Numbered from the whole stretch's first letter, positions 12,254-25,547 are shown. The stretch is 61,829 bases of DNA, filler included, from Choristocarpus tenellus KU-1152 (GCA_964200185.2; 10 parts of 10 records of this genome joined end to end with filler, not necessarily neighbours in it); one strand, 5' to 3'. Program-made: numbers and translations. The notes: generated by a model from the letters alone, not told the origin.

Positions 12254-12913
12254 NNNNNNNNNNNNNNNNNNNNNNNNNNNNNNNNNNNNNNNNNNNNTTA
12301 ATTAATTAANNNNNNNNNNNNNNNNNNNNNNNNNNNNNNNNNNNNNNNNNNNNTTTGCTTTGTGCGACGCCTGCTGTTGTGGGGAGATTTTCGGGGGAGG
12401 AAAAAAAAAAAAAGCTACAAATTCCTAAAAAAAAAAATTCTCACCCTGGACCTATAACCCAACCCCATCGACGAAAAACAGGGGAAGCAGTCCCGTCCTA
12501 TAGTGCCTTAGTTAAGAAAAAGAGTCCACGAACTCAATTGCGGGTTGTAACTACCGGTGTGTGAGTATCGCACGTACAGACGAGCACGTGCGTCTACTCG
12601 CGCGCAGGAGCGATATCATCATTATTTTTCGGTGGAAGGGATTTTTGTTGTGTTGTGTGAGGGAAGGCTTTTTTTTTTAATATCTATGTTTTTGTTTTTT
12701 ATTAAATGTCTGCTCTGACACTTTTACCACTATGTTGGTTGTTGTCGCATCACGTGCACTAGGTAGGACGTGAGGAGGAGCGCGCCAATGGAGTGCCTCT
12801 GTCGCCTTAAACCAAGGCCTCCTTGTTGTTTAGACGTTGGAGTAAGTTTTTAACGTTTTTTTGTTGAGATTCATTTTGGTGGGGCTTTTTACCTTTGACA
12901 GGGCTTTTGCTTA

Positions 12914-12915
<2 letters not shown>

Positions 12916-12975
<60 letters not shown>
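12916..12975. repeat. (CA)n microsatellite
   Basis: About 30 AC/CA units. Confidence 0.95.
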
Positions 12976-12977
<2 letters not shown>

Positions 12978-13923
12978 TGCAGTGATTTTAAGGAAAAGGT
13001 TGAAATGGTTTTCGTTTGTTTCCCTAACGTATCCGTCGCCCTATAACCCCTTATAGCTCGATGGTGCCTTAATTTGTTTTTTGGGGGGGGGGTCATTTCT
13101 TGTGTTTTTCAGGGAGAAGCTGCAGAAACAGATATCGGAAAAACAGAAGCGAGAGGCAGAGCTCGGAGATTCGGTGAGGATTAAAAAAAAGAAAATAATT
13201 TCTATTATTGCATATTATTTTTATTGGCAGTGATACCTCCGTACTATGGTGTTTGAAGTTGGGATGATTCATCCACTTTATGTATTACTAGGTATGACCA
13301 CAAGAGAGGGTTTTGATAGTGAATGTATTGAAGTACTTCTACTATTGGTGGTAAGTATCATCATGTCGTCCTCCACTCTTCTAGAGTCTCCTGGGTTTGG
13401 TTGATGGTTCCCATCCCCAGCAAAAAGAGAAGGTATCTAAAATCTATATATACCTTTTTTGAGGAATTTGTAGGACCAGTATTAAACTATTTTATTCTGT
13501 ACGGTAACTGTTTTGTAAGAGGTATATACCTCATACAGTCACTGGATCGAATGATGCGGTGCTTTGTATAGAGTTTCCGTTTTAGTGGGCGGTTGGGCAT
13601 GACTGAGAAAGAAAGTGTTGATGTTGTATGTGTAATCACGCCATATAGCTTTCCATAAACTCCAAGTTTCCGAGTTAAGGGGAAGTAGGAAATGCCTGAT
13701 TTAAAGTTGGCAGCACAACTGGCCTATAATGTATGCCCCTCTATAAAACACTGGTATGCTATACATGTGTAAAGGTGTTGCTCTTGTGTGTGTGTGTGTG
13801 TGTGTTTTGTAACGCCTTGAACGAATAATGTAACCTCTCAGTGCTAATGTTGTGTTGTGTTTATACGTAGGGATATTAATGCGTCGCGATGTAGTTTGTT
13901 TTGATTGGCATGAACCGTGTAGA

Positions 13924-14208
13924 GAGTCAAAGTAGACGAGAGGGATATCCAGCGTTGCACTCTAAGGACGGTGACGAATATATCCAAAAATTCAGGATTT
14001 TTTTTTTTTACTTTGCATTAGGATATTTCCTGAACCGTTTCAGAATTTTTTCAAACGATTGAGAAATAAACGCTCGACTGTCTCAAACTTAGAGAACTTC
14101 ATCCATAGAAATATTGGTGAAATGTAAAGGATTAAAATAAAATAAAAAAGACTTAGAAAATGCAAAACGGGCTGAAACCTGGGTAACTCTCGTTTTATGC
14201 TTTGGCTC
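13924..14208 (+). mobile_element. MITE family D (GAG...CTC)
   Basis: GAGTCAAAGTAGACGAGAG ... CTCTCGTTTTATGCTTTGGCTC with flanks TAGA/TTGA. A related mini-element lies at 42641-42743. Confidence 0.6.
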
Positions 14209-15434
14209 TTGAATGATAACAATTAGGAATTTTCTTTTTTCCAAGTCTGTGTTATTTTCCTTCTTTATTCCAACTTATATAGGCCATCCTGCACCTCTTG
14301 AACTCCGAGCCTCGATCGCTGTTTGTTAAGTCTACAAGCCAGTTTGTGATGGTTGCACCCTGAAAGTAGTCTCACTCAAGAGCATACTGCCGTTGGTAAG
14401 TTGTCTTGGTGGGACAATCAGCGGCAAAGCATAATCCAAAATAGTGGCATCCCCTCTTTTTTTTAAAGGTTCATGTTCAATATTGTATTTCCCTTTATGC
14501 TCGCCGGGTAGATCTCTCTCAAAAGGGTAATGACCCTAACCCTAACCCTAAACAGGAAATGCTTTGAGAAAGTTGTTCTTTGAGGGGGAGAGGGGGACCT
14601 GTTTTGCTTTGGTAGTGTTTTATTTTATTTTTTGTTCTCTTGTATACTCTTGATGGTTGAATGCACCGCCGAATCAAATCCCATGGATATATATTGGATC
14701 TGGGGTTGTATTGCAGATTATTGTCATTCCCTATATCGCTTGTGTTCTAGATCCTCAAACCGCTTCACCAGTCAGAATAGTATATCTGAAAAATGAGGAA
14801 CCAGACGCGCGCGCGCTTTGGCGCCGTGCAATTTAGAAAATAATTTAATATATTTATATTATTACATATATATATATATATATATATTTATTTATTTTTA
14901 ATGCTTAGCACATTTGGTTATGTAGTTCATAGGTAGCCCTATTCTTTCAACGTGCTTGTCACATGATGTTGGGGAGTGGGTTGTATTTCACAGGGTAGGC
15001 ATTCGTGAGGAATGTATAATCTTAGACACACCACCGTGCTGATTTCTCCTGCCAAGAGGGTTGAGCTCCCCCAGTCACATGACGGTGGTTGATATGACCC
15101 TGTTTCGGGAGAGACATAAACTCTTATGGAAATTTTTCTGGGGCGATTTAGATGCTTGGGGGCGGGGGAGCTAGGGATGTGAATTGGGCTTTGGGATACG
15201 ATGTGTTGTGTACTTTCCCGATTATTGTGAAAAATGCTGACTGAATGTGTAGGAGTTGACTTCTTATTGTTCTGGCATGAGGTTTGCCACTGAGGTTATG
15301 AGTCGATCTTAATATGATGTTAACAGTTTCTTTCGCAGTCACGTTGTACCATGAACTAACCCTAACCCTGAATAGATCCATGAAGCTGACCTGGTAAAAA
15401 AAGGCGATATACTATATACTAATGGAATAGTATG

Positions 15435-15704
15435 GAGTGAAAGTATCTTATTAAGAGAGGGTACGAGTTTTTCCCTGTTTGTCCATTTGGGGCTTGGCTT
15501 CCCACGGGGTTTTTTACGGCATTTTACCTACTCCGGAATGTTTTGGAGTAGGTAAAATGTGTATGTTATGAAAAGGTGTGTTCAGAACAAGCATATTGAC
15601 ACTTACTAACTAACAAACCCGATAGCTAAAATTACATCAAAATCGGAACATTGGATTTTGGCCCACAAATGGATGCTTCCCCACCCTCTAAGATAATTTG
15701 ACTT
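15435..15704 (-). mobile_element. MITE family A
   Basis: Reverse-complement copy including the internal TTTTACCTACTCC/GGAGTAGGTAAAA hairpin. Confidence 0.9.
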
Positions 15705-18173
15705 GTGTACTCTTTGTACCAACTGAAAAACCTGTAAGTTGCTCTGAGAAAATTTAAGTTCAGGTGGGTGCATTGGCACGTCGACTTTCCTCTCCCCAAC
15801 CAAATGGATTCTGAAGTAACTTTGCTGTGTAGAGTTAGCTCTAGATTGGTTCCCCCTCTAGTCCTTGCCCTTTTATCAGGAAGTTTCCTAACTATTCATT
15901 GCTACAATTTTTGTCCTGTTTTTTTGTTTTTTTAGATTGCACAGATACAACAGGGGATGAGAGCCAAGGCGGAAGAGGAAGCACGAAAGGTCATAGCCAG
16001 CGCCAAATAGACTTTGATGTTAATTCTGCGCGCGCGCGCGTTTGTGTTTGTCCGGACTGGGATGAATGTTGTGAAGAGTGGTGGAAAGGGTTTTGGAAGG
16101 ATATTGTTGGAGGTGCTGAGGTGTCTACTTTCCTTGACGTTTTGGTTTTGATGCAAGAGATACGTACAGACCATCATACCATTATTATGTCGTAGTGTAC
16201 CTTCTTTTCGTTCTGTCCTCATGTGAAATGATGGTTATGATGATTGGTAGAGCTAGCTCCGGTAGGTTGGTGTTTGATTCTCAGGACTGCTCCCAAGTAT
16301 TCTTGCCAACTGTCTGTGTTGTGTGGATTTATGTGTAATTTCCATCTATGTGCTTGCACAAGCAAATTTCCTTTTTGTGTGTATATGTGTGATTTGAACT
16401 ACACTAGTAATGGATACATATAATTGCACTATTACATCATTGTGTCTTCTTGGATGCCCCCCACCCTTTTACCATGTACTTGGTGATTGAATTCGGTGTG
16501 GCTAGGTAATTTACATCAGTTCTTTCCTTTGTCTTTAAAGTGATGCCAAAATTGAGGAATCCAATAATTGCCTTCTCTTGGCTCAGTATTATTATCTAGA
16601 GTTTCTGTTTGTATCCACCATTTCTCGTCAAGCTTGAAATTGTTCGTGTTTTTTGGCTCCGTCAATAATGTGACATACACACTACACATCCTGAAATTTC
16701 ATATGTACTTGAATCTCTTCAAGAAGAATAGGCCTAGACTTTCTTGCTACTGACAGTCTTTCAAGAGTTCAATCAAATGCTCAGGGATGGGCTTTGGTTC
16801 TAGGTGGAAAAGCAAGCGACCAGAAATAGATCTACAACCCGAAAATTGCTATGGGATGGATTGTGGTCCGGATTCAAGTTCTTGTTGTCAACAAAAGGCT
16901 GCACACAGACGGAGACTCTCCTGGCAAATATAGGATGTTTCACTACTGATGAATGATACGATCGATGTTGTAGTAGTATGAATCTTAGTGTGACTGCTTG
17001 AATGCAAGAATAGTGTTTAGTGTTGTGTTGCTCTGTTTTGAGGGAGGTGGTAATATTGTAGTTATTGTAATTGTGTCCTTCTTGCTGGGTGCAATGAGAT
17101 TGGTGGTTAGGTTACCTAGAGTTGGGATAATGTTGCAATCATTGATCTTCTGTGCTTGTACAAAATGGCGACTGAGGTTGTTGATGGACTTCATTTAACT
17201 GCATGCAAGTGACTACATGTTTTTGCAGGCACTCCGGTGCCTGCCACAGCTTCTTTTTTTTCCTCTGAAAGGAAACTGTGCATCTGAGATCTCTTGGACC
17301 AATTGTGATTTCTCAACACAAGGACAGCAGTGATAAGAATTCAAAATCAAAGGAGTTCTGAGAGACAGCTGTTTCTAGGTGCTTCTCCTGGCTACCCTAA
17401 CTTCTGACTAAGTTCTCCAAACAGAAACGTTATCGGTAGTCATGCATCCCCCATGCGCCCAGTTGACCCTGCGAGAAGCACCACAATTTTTGCAATGTGA
17501 GGTCCAAAAACTGTCACACCCAAGCTTCACATTAAGGGTATTCCACGGCAGGGTGCAATACAGATGCGACAATGTTTCGAAAATACGGCGGAGTATGATG
17601 GAAGAGTGAAAAGGACGTAGTAGACCTGGCATAGTGTTGATGTCACATAATAAGCATATATAGTAACAGGACCCCAAGTTCGTCACCCTTAGGAATTCGG
17701 ATCTTCTTTGCTCGAGGCAGACGAACCCCCCTTTCTTTCTTGGGGGAATCACCTGAGTGTTGGGAAAACACTGCTGTCATTATTTTTTCACTTCTTCAAT
17801 AAAGGTTAAGGGTTCGTTTTCATACATGAGTCGGGGTTAGGGTTGGGTTGAGCTTGTAGTTAGGTTTTTGCGAAGGTGTGTAGAAAAGTGAAAACTGGTG
17901 GATGATCGAGAGGTTGTGGCTCCCTACGGTACACTGTACTGCTGCACCGTTTCTAGAAATGTTTCCTTGTCTGGTTTGGGATATTTTCACACATATTTTC
18001 AACCTCAAGTTAGGGTTAGGTTTTCGACAATTCATGTGATAAAATTAATAATATTATAGTGGTGGTTCTTGAAGATGAATTTCCTGAAAGGATGTTCCAT
18101 CGTACACTGCAACAGGTGTAGTTGGCCTACATCACTCAGTCTCCTTGTGAAGATAGAGGTAATCAAAAGAATT

Positions 18174-18246
18174 TGGAAAATGTGGGTATCGATCCGACTA
18201 CTTCTTCCATGCTAAGGAAGTGCTCTACCATTTGAGCTAATCCCCC
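18174..18246 (-). tRNA. tRNA-Ala(AGC), possibly slightly degenerate
   Basis: GGGGGATTAGCTCAAATGGTAGAGCACTTCCTTAGCATGGAAGAAGTAGTCGGATCGATACCCACATTTTCCA. It is 73 nt with a perfect D stem and anticodon stem, anticodon AGC, the G3:U70 Ala identity pair, the ATCG T-loop typical of eukaryotic tRNA-Ala and a downstream TTTT. There is one T-stem mismatch. Confidence 0.88.
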
Positions 18247-18429
18247 GCCTATTACATTAGGCCAGGTAAACCTAGATTACTAATACAAGAATCAAGTGCG
18301 CTTTCGACATCAGTCCATTCCATACACAGAATTATAGTCCTTTTCAGCATTACATCGGGTTCCGCAAATAGAAATTATTTGTCGACCCTCTGTCATACAG
18401 GGAAGAACTAGTGAGAAGTGGATAGGAGA

Positions 18430-19467
18430 TCATCAAGGGGAGGCTATACACAAACAGAGGGTGGTGTTTTGTGCGTCTTGTGGCATGCATGGACGATGGT
18501 TGTCTACCTGTGTTTGCCTGTAGAGTAACGGCGGTAAAACAAGACCCACAAACTCCTCCACTCGAAAGCTTTCGCCAGTGCTGTCGTTGACATACCACGT
18601 GGTGAACAGATTACTCGCTCTGAAGTCATACAATTACAGCACCGAGAGAACCAACGTGTTCATATGGAGGTAGATATTTACCAGGAAGCACCCACGACAA
18701 CAAGTTCTTCAGCCCAGTGGTTAGCAAGACCTCCCATGATAGCCCTTTCCATTGGGAGTTTAGCCTCATAGCCCAGGAGCCGACACCATTGCGCCAAACC
18801 CTCAAGCTATGCTTAGTCATGGTATAGATCAGCATCGTAGCACTCTGCAATGATAAACGTGCCAGTGCCCGGATTGCCAGCCAATGAATAGTCACAGTCA
18901 TTCGATCCACGAGCCAAACGAATCGAGAGGTAGGCAGGTTTGGACCTTTCTGTATTCTAGCCCATATTTCTTACCCTGCGCACAATCCACTCTATTTCAT
19001 TGCTTTATGTGCACAATTGTGTACGCAAATTGATATTCCCCCTCTCCAAACACAGAGTGAAACAACTCAGCAAAGGGTCTTTCTGCAATTGTACAAATTT
19101 ACATTTTCTTTGGGTTTTATCAGGATCCTTAAGATGCAACCTTTTCTACCTCTCAGTTGGTTTGGCTTCTTTCATGCCTTGACAACCTCAACCCTATGGT
19201 ACTCCTCGGCCGCTCTTGCAACGGAGAGGGAAGGGTTGTCAACAATAAAGGTAGGAAGATAGGCAATTTGGTGGTGGTCAATACACTTCTTGTCCCTACC
19301 GATGCCAATATAGAATGGGCTGCTGTCTACTTGGGAAATAGCATGATATTGTTGGCATCATTGTAGGTAGTGATAAGCTTCGTAGGTTGACAGCGTTCAC
19401 ACCACTTGCTCCTCAGGCATTGCTTAAAGTATGTTCGTCTATCTCTAAGCATTTTTCTTTGCCTTCA
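18430..19467 (-). pseudogene. Frameshifted gene relic, putative ParB/Srx-like family, copy 2
   Basis: Reconstructed across frameshifts: ISQVDSSPFYIG...SLAGNPGTGTFII...LLGYEAKLPMERAIMGGL/LTTGLKNLL.../YDFRASNLF...NDSTGESF...LYRQTQVDNHRPCMPQD. It shares ordered motifs with the 21.4-kb and 40-42-kb relics. Confidence 0.55.
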
Positions 19468-20164
19468 GGGTCAAAGTATCTGGGGGGGGGCGTCGGCATC
19501 CGTTTTTCACCCTTTTTTCGATTTTCACTTTTTTGGTGTGATNNNNNNNNNNNNNNNNNNNNNNNNNNNNNNNNNNNNNNNNNNNNTTAATTAATTAANN
19601 NNNNNNNNNNNNNNNNNNNNNNNNNNNNNNNNNNNNNNNNNNCACTCTACAGGAACCAAGCAATCTCACCGGGTTTATCACCTTTATCCTCTTTGATGAT
19701 TTTGGGGATACTTTAACGAAGAAATCATGAGGTCACCATTATTTTGAACGGTTGGAATTTAAGATTATACTCACCTCTGGTTTTGTCGATGATGCCAGCC
19801 ACCACGTGCACCACTCTCTCCCCCTATCCTCTCAAATTCTGAAAAGGTTTATTACGATTGTCGAAGTTTATAAAAACAGCATTTGTGCTGTTCTTCCCTG
19901 AGAACAACATGCACACCATTTACCCGTCCTTTGCTACACCCCTTTCTAAACATCCATCATCGCATTGCGCATCTCTCCTTAATTTTCATGACACCTTGTC
20001 CTTGGCATACAACTTGACCGGCTCAACACAGTTTTATTAGAATATCTTCTCAAGGTCTACAGAGTTCACCAAGCAAATTATTTGTACACAGATCGTATGC
20101 CCCCTCACAAACATAGTCGCTCACATTGTTGCCCTAACCACCATATCACTTTTTTATGTTGATG

Positions 20165-21070
20165 TACACAAGAAATCACTCTCCCCTCTAGCCAACTCTC
20201 ATCACTACCAGCAGCACTTCACCACTCACGTTATCTGTTTCTGTGGAAAAGAATAGAAACCCCTATTCGATTTTTTTCATTCCAACAAGTAATCATTTCT
20301 TCAAGTATTGCACCTGACCCATTCGGAATTTTCGATATCATTTTAGGATTCACCAAGAGAGGAAACCACTCTCCTTTGTAGCCAATTCTCATCACTTCCC
20401 ACAGCAGTTCGCTGCCCGTGTTAACATGTTGTCCAAGAAGGAATACATGATCCCCAGTGAATTTTGCATTCACAAGTAATCATTTCTTTCGAGTATTGCA
20501 CCTCACTCATCCCTCACTTTAGACATCATCTTAATATTCACCAACAAAAGTCACTCTCCTCTATTGCTAATCCTCGTTACCCAGCACTTTAGCGCTCCAC
20601 CGCCCATGCCACATTTTTTTTTGCACGACTTTTCTTTTTTCTTGAAGAAATAATGGATCCCCCCAACCACATGCATTCCGAAGAAAATAAATCAATCAAG
20701 TTTCACATCTCAACCATTTTTAATTTTCAGATTACGTCGAACATAGCATATTTTTTTTATCACGACTTTTTTTCCAAGGAAGAAAGGATCCTCCCCTGAC
20801 CACACTCATTTAGAAATAAAAAAACTAATCAAGTTTCTCAACTATCTCTAATTTTCATCAAACGTCGGCCGACGTATTTTGAGAAAAAATCCCCACCAAA
20901 CACATGCATTCGGAAATAAACAAATTGATCAAGTTTCGCTTCTCAACCATCTCTAACTTTCATCAAACGTCAGCCGACGTATTTTGAGAAAAAATCCCCA
21001 CCAAACACATGCATTCGGAAGTTAACAAATTTATGAAATTTCGCTTCTCAACCATTTATCATTTTCAGAT
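20165..21070. repeat. Two adjacent diverged tandem arrays (~185 bp x3 and ~110-140 bp x4)
   Basis: CACTCTCC..TAGCCAA.TCTCATCAC recurs at ~20178, ~20367 and ~20552. CACATGCATTC.GAA..AA..AA.T.ATCAAGTTTC..TCTCAAC recurs at ~20668, ~20801, ~20901 and ~21006. Confidence 0.8.
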
Positions 21071-21423
21071 GCTGTCGTTCAAAATTCTGTCGACAAAATG
21101 GAAAGCCCTTCAAATTACCTCTCATCCACTTTTCATGTTTAATGTAAGACAGGCCTTCTTTTAATGGTACAAATCACTCTATCCCCACACACGCATCATC
21201 TATGGCAAACTACTCAATAGCCTGCTCGTTCGCTAAACACCTGTGATATCGCTTGTTTCATTTTCATCCCTACCTCATCATCTTCAACAATCAACCATGG
21301 GAAACATATCAGCGTCATACTTTACAGAGACCTCCATTCCCAATACCTCCTTTCATTCAATGCCACGTTTTCCAAAATCGTACACTGCATGAAGGACCAC
21401 GAGTGAATATGCAAATCTACCAG

Positions 21424-24400
21424 GAGATGAACCAGAGGACCGCAGAAATTGGTTGCATTTACCTAGGTGCAATCAAATCGATGTACTTGGTCAGCACCGG
21501 ATTTCTATCGCAGGAGTACAACGCAAATCTACTGGACAAGGATAGAGTTGCATCCATGCTCAAGGACCTCGCGAGGGATCCTCAACAGGTAGCGGACCAG
21601 ATCTCCACCATCCTCATTTCGAAGCCTTTTATTGTGTCCTCCGATTGGAAGACCACAGACGAGATAAAGGAGTACATAAAGGACTACGGGTTTCCGCCCG
21701 GCCTCTCTATAAATTATCTTTTCAAGAGGTACATCATGGGAGGATTTGAATCGACATTCCCAGGTTTGTCAACAAGGATTGGGCCTCGGGAGTAAACCAC
21801 CCTCTCCAACACCGCTGTAACAACAACCTTGTGTGGAAAATATTTCCGCAAAGCAACAGGGAGAAGGTGGAATCCATCTCTATCGGACAAGGTGTGGCTT
21901 CGAGCAGATCCCACGTCCCCAACTTGGAGGACATCTTCCCCAGGGTTGCGGGCCATGAAGGACTTCTGGAGAGAATTAGGAAGGGTTGAGACCCTCCCAT
22001 GCACTCCGCCGGACCTGAGTGGCGACAGCAAGAAGAAGAGGTGCAAGGTGCTGGTAAGGCTGGGTAACCAGTACTCTCTAGGAAAGATCGACTTCAGGGA
22101 TAGTGACACCGCGTTCAAGGTAGCAGCAAAGAAAACTGTAGCTGCCAAGATAATGGCATTTTTGAAGGAGGCATGGATCGATATGAACTTGGAGAGTGGT
22201 CTCAACAGTGCCAGCCCCGGCATAGCAGCTCAATTCTACAATCCTATCGCATCTCTGGCGCTGATTTGTGCAGATGAAGGTAAAGCTACGACCATTAATT
22301 AACTATTTCTTTTTTTTATTCTGGTTGACACGAACAACCTCTGAATCGTAATCTAAAAATACGACTCCTTCTTTCGCCGACCTCATCACTCTGCCATCAG
22401 GAACTGATGAGTTCGAGAAAGTTCTGTTCGATGTGTGGCAGGACCACAAGAGGAGGGACACTACCAGGACACTAACGTCGTAAGTGCAGTACATCTCCAA
22501 GCATTTCAGTAAGAACCCAGTATGCAATATTTAACAACGCACCGTTGATGAAATGCGACTGCATAGCCAATTAACCCCCCATCGCACATACCGAATGAAA
22601 AAACTTATTCCCTGATGAATAGATCACAACCCCAAATTCTTTTGACTGAATATGCCATTGACCCGATTGCGGTGAGTCAAGTCAGTTTTGCTTTCTGAAC
22701 ATGGAAGACAACCCATGATGGGTCGTATAATTTTTTTGTATTTGGAGTTTATGCCTCGATACAAATACCTAGGCAGACACGGTTGACGGTTGACCCAATG
22801 GTATGATGAACTCTACTCTCATCCTCAGATTATGTAACATCTCTGTCGTCGCGCTCTCCTTGCCAATGTTGTATAAATCGATACACAGCGTAAGTTCGAT
22901 TTCAGGGCTGTACATACGTTCACCGTGCTCTGGAATGCGAACCGTGAGGCCGCCGTGGACTCTCTCAAGAACAGTGGCGAATTCAGCTACAGCTACGGGT
23001 AACTGATAAGCGGGACGAGTGTGTTGATGTATCATTAGGCACAAACGGGGTTTTCGTTTTGTGTATCGACTCTCAGTAAGAACGACCATATCCGATCATT
23101 TTGAGATCCATCTTTGCTAAGTTTCACCAGGTTCTAATGCTTTCCTAGAAATAGACTGGTCATTTTTTGGGTGGCAATACCATTTCCCAGATAAGATTCA
23201 ATTTCTCGTAACAAATTACCAACATTTATGTAGATAAAGTAGGGCAACAAATATTCTATTGATACATATTTTCGGCCTAAATATTCTATTGATACATATT
23301 TTCGGCCTATGAAATTGTTCCTATCGGGGCATGCATTGCGCTTCTCCGCTTGCATCCATTTTTGTATCTTCAGTAGACTTCATCTTAAGCAAGGTTTGTA
23401 TCCGAAGTAGGACCATTCCCGATCATTGGAAAGAGAAGACATACTAATTACACGACAAGGTATTATCGATTCTGATATATAGGAAACCAAAAAGGCGTGG
23501 TCGATAAGTAAGAATCTCTGTTGTTGAGTTATCTGGCTCCAAGTAGTAGACATTCGCACGCTCCATGGATGTTGTCTATTCCATACTTAGTGCACATGAA
23601 AATGTTTACGACAAGGGATCCATATTGTTCTCACACTGGGTGGCGACTATCGCTGCCCTCACTAGTTTTGTTTTCCATTCCTCACACCACATCGTTTCCC
23701 ACTGTCCAAAAACACTGTGTCCTCATCCCTCCTTATGTGTAGGTCCAGAAGCAGACCAGGATGCAGTACTTTGAACGAATGTGCACAGATGTCTTGGCTG
23801 TGAAGGCCCTTCCATCCTTGGAGAGGACACTCCTCAAGGCTGTAAGTTGAACGACATCGTGGAGTCAGCAGCTGGTATGTTTGTGGAGAAGGCGGCTGAA
23901 AGGTTGCCAACTGATCTGCCCTCCCTGTCCTACGTGCTTGGGAACAAAACCTTTCCGGAAGAATGGATAAGCCCCGGATCCGCGAGGATTCGTCATCAAC
24001 CCTATGCACAGATGGATATAGCGGTACTGGTCACATCGCTTCCCATTGTATCATCCAAAGTACTTGCACAACGACTAAAACGCTCACAACACACTACTTC
24101 TGTCCTTGGCCACTCCGATTGCAATTCGCCTCTGTAGTTCTCTACTACAATAAGGGGTATCTGCGCCAAGAAAGAGCACACCAGCAAGGCCAAGAAACCT
24201 TCCTCTAAAGGGTACCTAGAAGAAGAGTACCGAGGAGGAAACTGGGAAGGAGGCCAGCCTCTCCACCCCTGACACGGACCAATTCCCCTTTGCGACAGGG
24301 AAGCAGAAAATTGCAATCGTAAAGAGAATGCACATGAAGGAGGGTGTTTATCGAGCAGGCCGTAGTCGAGGTCACGGTGCTAAAGATGAAGGAACTGAAG

Positions 24401-24811
24401 GAGAAAGATGAGCTTGGAATCAACCCCAACGTGGCAGGGAATTCCAACCCTCCCTCTACCGAGGAGGCTGCAAAAGAACCGTACATCCTATCAGAGGAGG
24501 TACTTTATACAGTGTTGACGATTTACCCTCTCGACGTTCTTGTGTGTTTGCATCCTTTAGCAAATCCAGACGCAGGAAATATCTGTATTCCGTAGGACTA
24601 TATTCAGACTCTGGTACTGACTTCAATTACGTCTGTATGAAAACGAACCCATTTTCACTTCAAACATCCGCCCTACCCCTATGTTTCAAAGGTGGGAAGG
24701 AGATTACTCTTGAAGGATGTGGAGAAGGGTGATGTCTTCCTCAAAATTGTTGAAGGCTCGAAGGGTGTTGCCCTCCCAAAAGGATTAGGAGGCAAAGTCA
24801 AGCAAGTGTAA
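21424..24811 (+). pseudogene. Multi-exon pseudogene, putative ParB/Srx-like family, copy 1
   Basis: Exon 21424-22279 with two compensating frameshifts reads YLVSTGFLSQEYNANLLDKDRVASMLKDLARDP...STILI...KRYIMGGFESTF/...NLVWKIFPQSNREKVESISIGQGVASSRSHVPNLEDIFP/GLRAMKDFWRELGRVETLPCTPPD. Further exon-like segments lie at ~22340-22479, 22773-22889, 23743-~24025, 24138-24499 and 24596-24811 (ending ...KVKQV* followed by AATAAA). There are several in-frame stops. Confidence 0.65.
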
Positions 24812-24916
24812 ATAAACGTTCATGACATGATGATAAAGGGACCAGCAATAGAGAAGCAATGAGTTTTTTGTTCGTTTGCTAGTGAACGAAAACCGTCATA
24901 CCTCAAATTGGTTAAA

Positions 24917-25547
24917 GAGTCAAAGTATCTTAGAGGGTAGAGCCGCGTCCATTTGGGGGCCAAAATCCAATGTTGTGATTTAATGTAATTTTGGCTATCG
25001 TGTTTGTTAGTACGTGTCAATATCCTTGATCCGGATAATCCTATGCAAAAGAGAGCTCTTCTAATAGAGTCTTTGCTTTATGTGGTACGGATGAATTTAT
25101 TAGCGGAGTGAGCACTATCCTCGAGATGGGGGGTGCTCTCCCTTGTTATCTACTGCACACGTCAGCAGACACGTCAGGATGTGCCTATGTCAGTCGCACT
25201 ACGTCATACATTCTAATACGTCAGTCATCATATGTCGGCCACTTGTATTGAACAGAAATAAGAAGTCAACTCGTCGAGACTAGAACCTATTACCCTAAGC
25301 ATACGGAAACAAGTTATTGACACTTACTCCACTCGGTCAACTCTTCTGTTGTATATTATTGGTCACTAAACACATAAAACCCTTTAGAATACCTAGCCTA
25401 TATTGCACAAAACCTTTTTATAACGTATACATATATCCTACTTCAAAACCTATTAGAGTAGGAAAATATCATAAAAGGACCCATAGGAAGCCAAGCCCCA
25501 AATAGACAAACAGGGCAAAACTCGTGCTCTCTAAGAAACTTTCACTC
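24917..25547 (+). mobile_element. MITE family A (TSD TAAA) split by a ~370-bp insertion
   Basis: 5' half 24917-25035 and 3' half ~25408-25547; TAAA on both flanks. Confidence 0.88.

Larger units (their letters stand above)
12762..15989 (+). pseudogene. Putative spliced gene or pseudogene of unknown function (candidate exons ~12766-12841, 13112-13172, 14283-14395, 15945-15989)
   Basis: AG/GT-bounded segments encode EKLQKQISEKQKREAELGDS, AILHLLNSEPRSLF... and IQQGMRAKAEEEARK, but no stop-free splice path was found. Confidence 0.3.

Noticed and set aside
15000-17250. Possible LINE endonuclease/RT remnant (similarly 7400-7800)
   Set aside because: Coding-like texture, but no motif clear enough to support a call.
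18430-21800. Copies 1 and 2 as a divergently transcribed gene pair
   Set aside because: They are separated by an artificial contig spacer at 19543-19642, so the adjacency is not real.
21714-22223. 169-aa minus-strand ORF
   Set aside because: It is the antisense shadow of the plus-strand relic.
23268-23309. 30-bp direct duplication (AAATATTCTATTGATACATATTTTCGGCCT x2, first copy from ~23248)
   Set aside because: A simple local slippage duplication with no further structure.
21424-24811. Alternative genetic code (TAA/TAG = Gln) to explain in-frame stops
   Set aside because: The intact tyrosinase, USP5 and E2 exons have no in-frame TAA/TAG, USP5 ends in TAG, and the relics also contain TGA stops and frameshifts.
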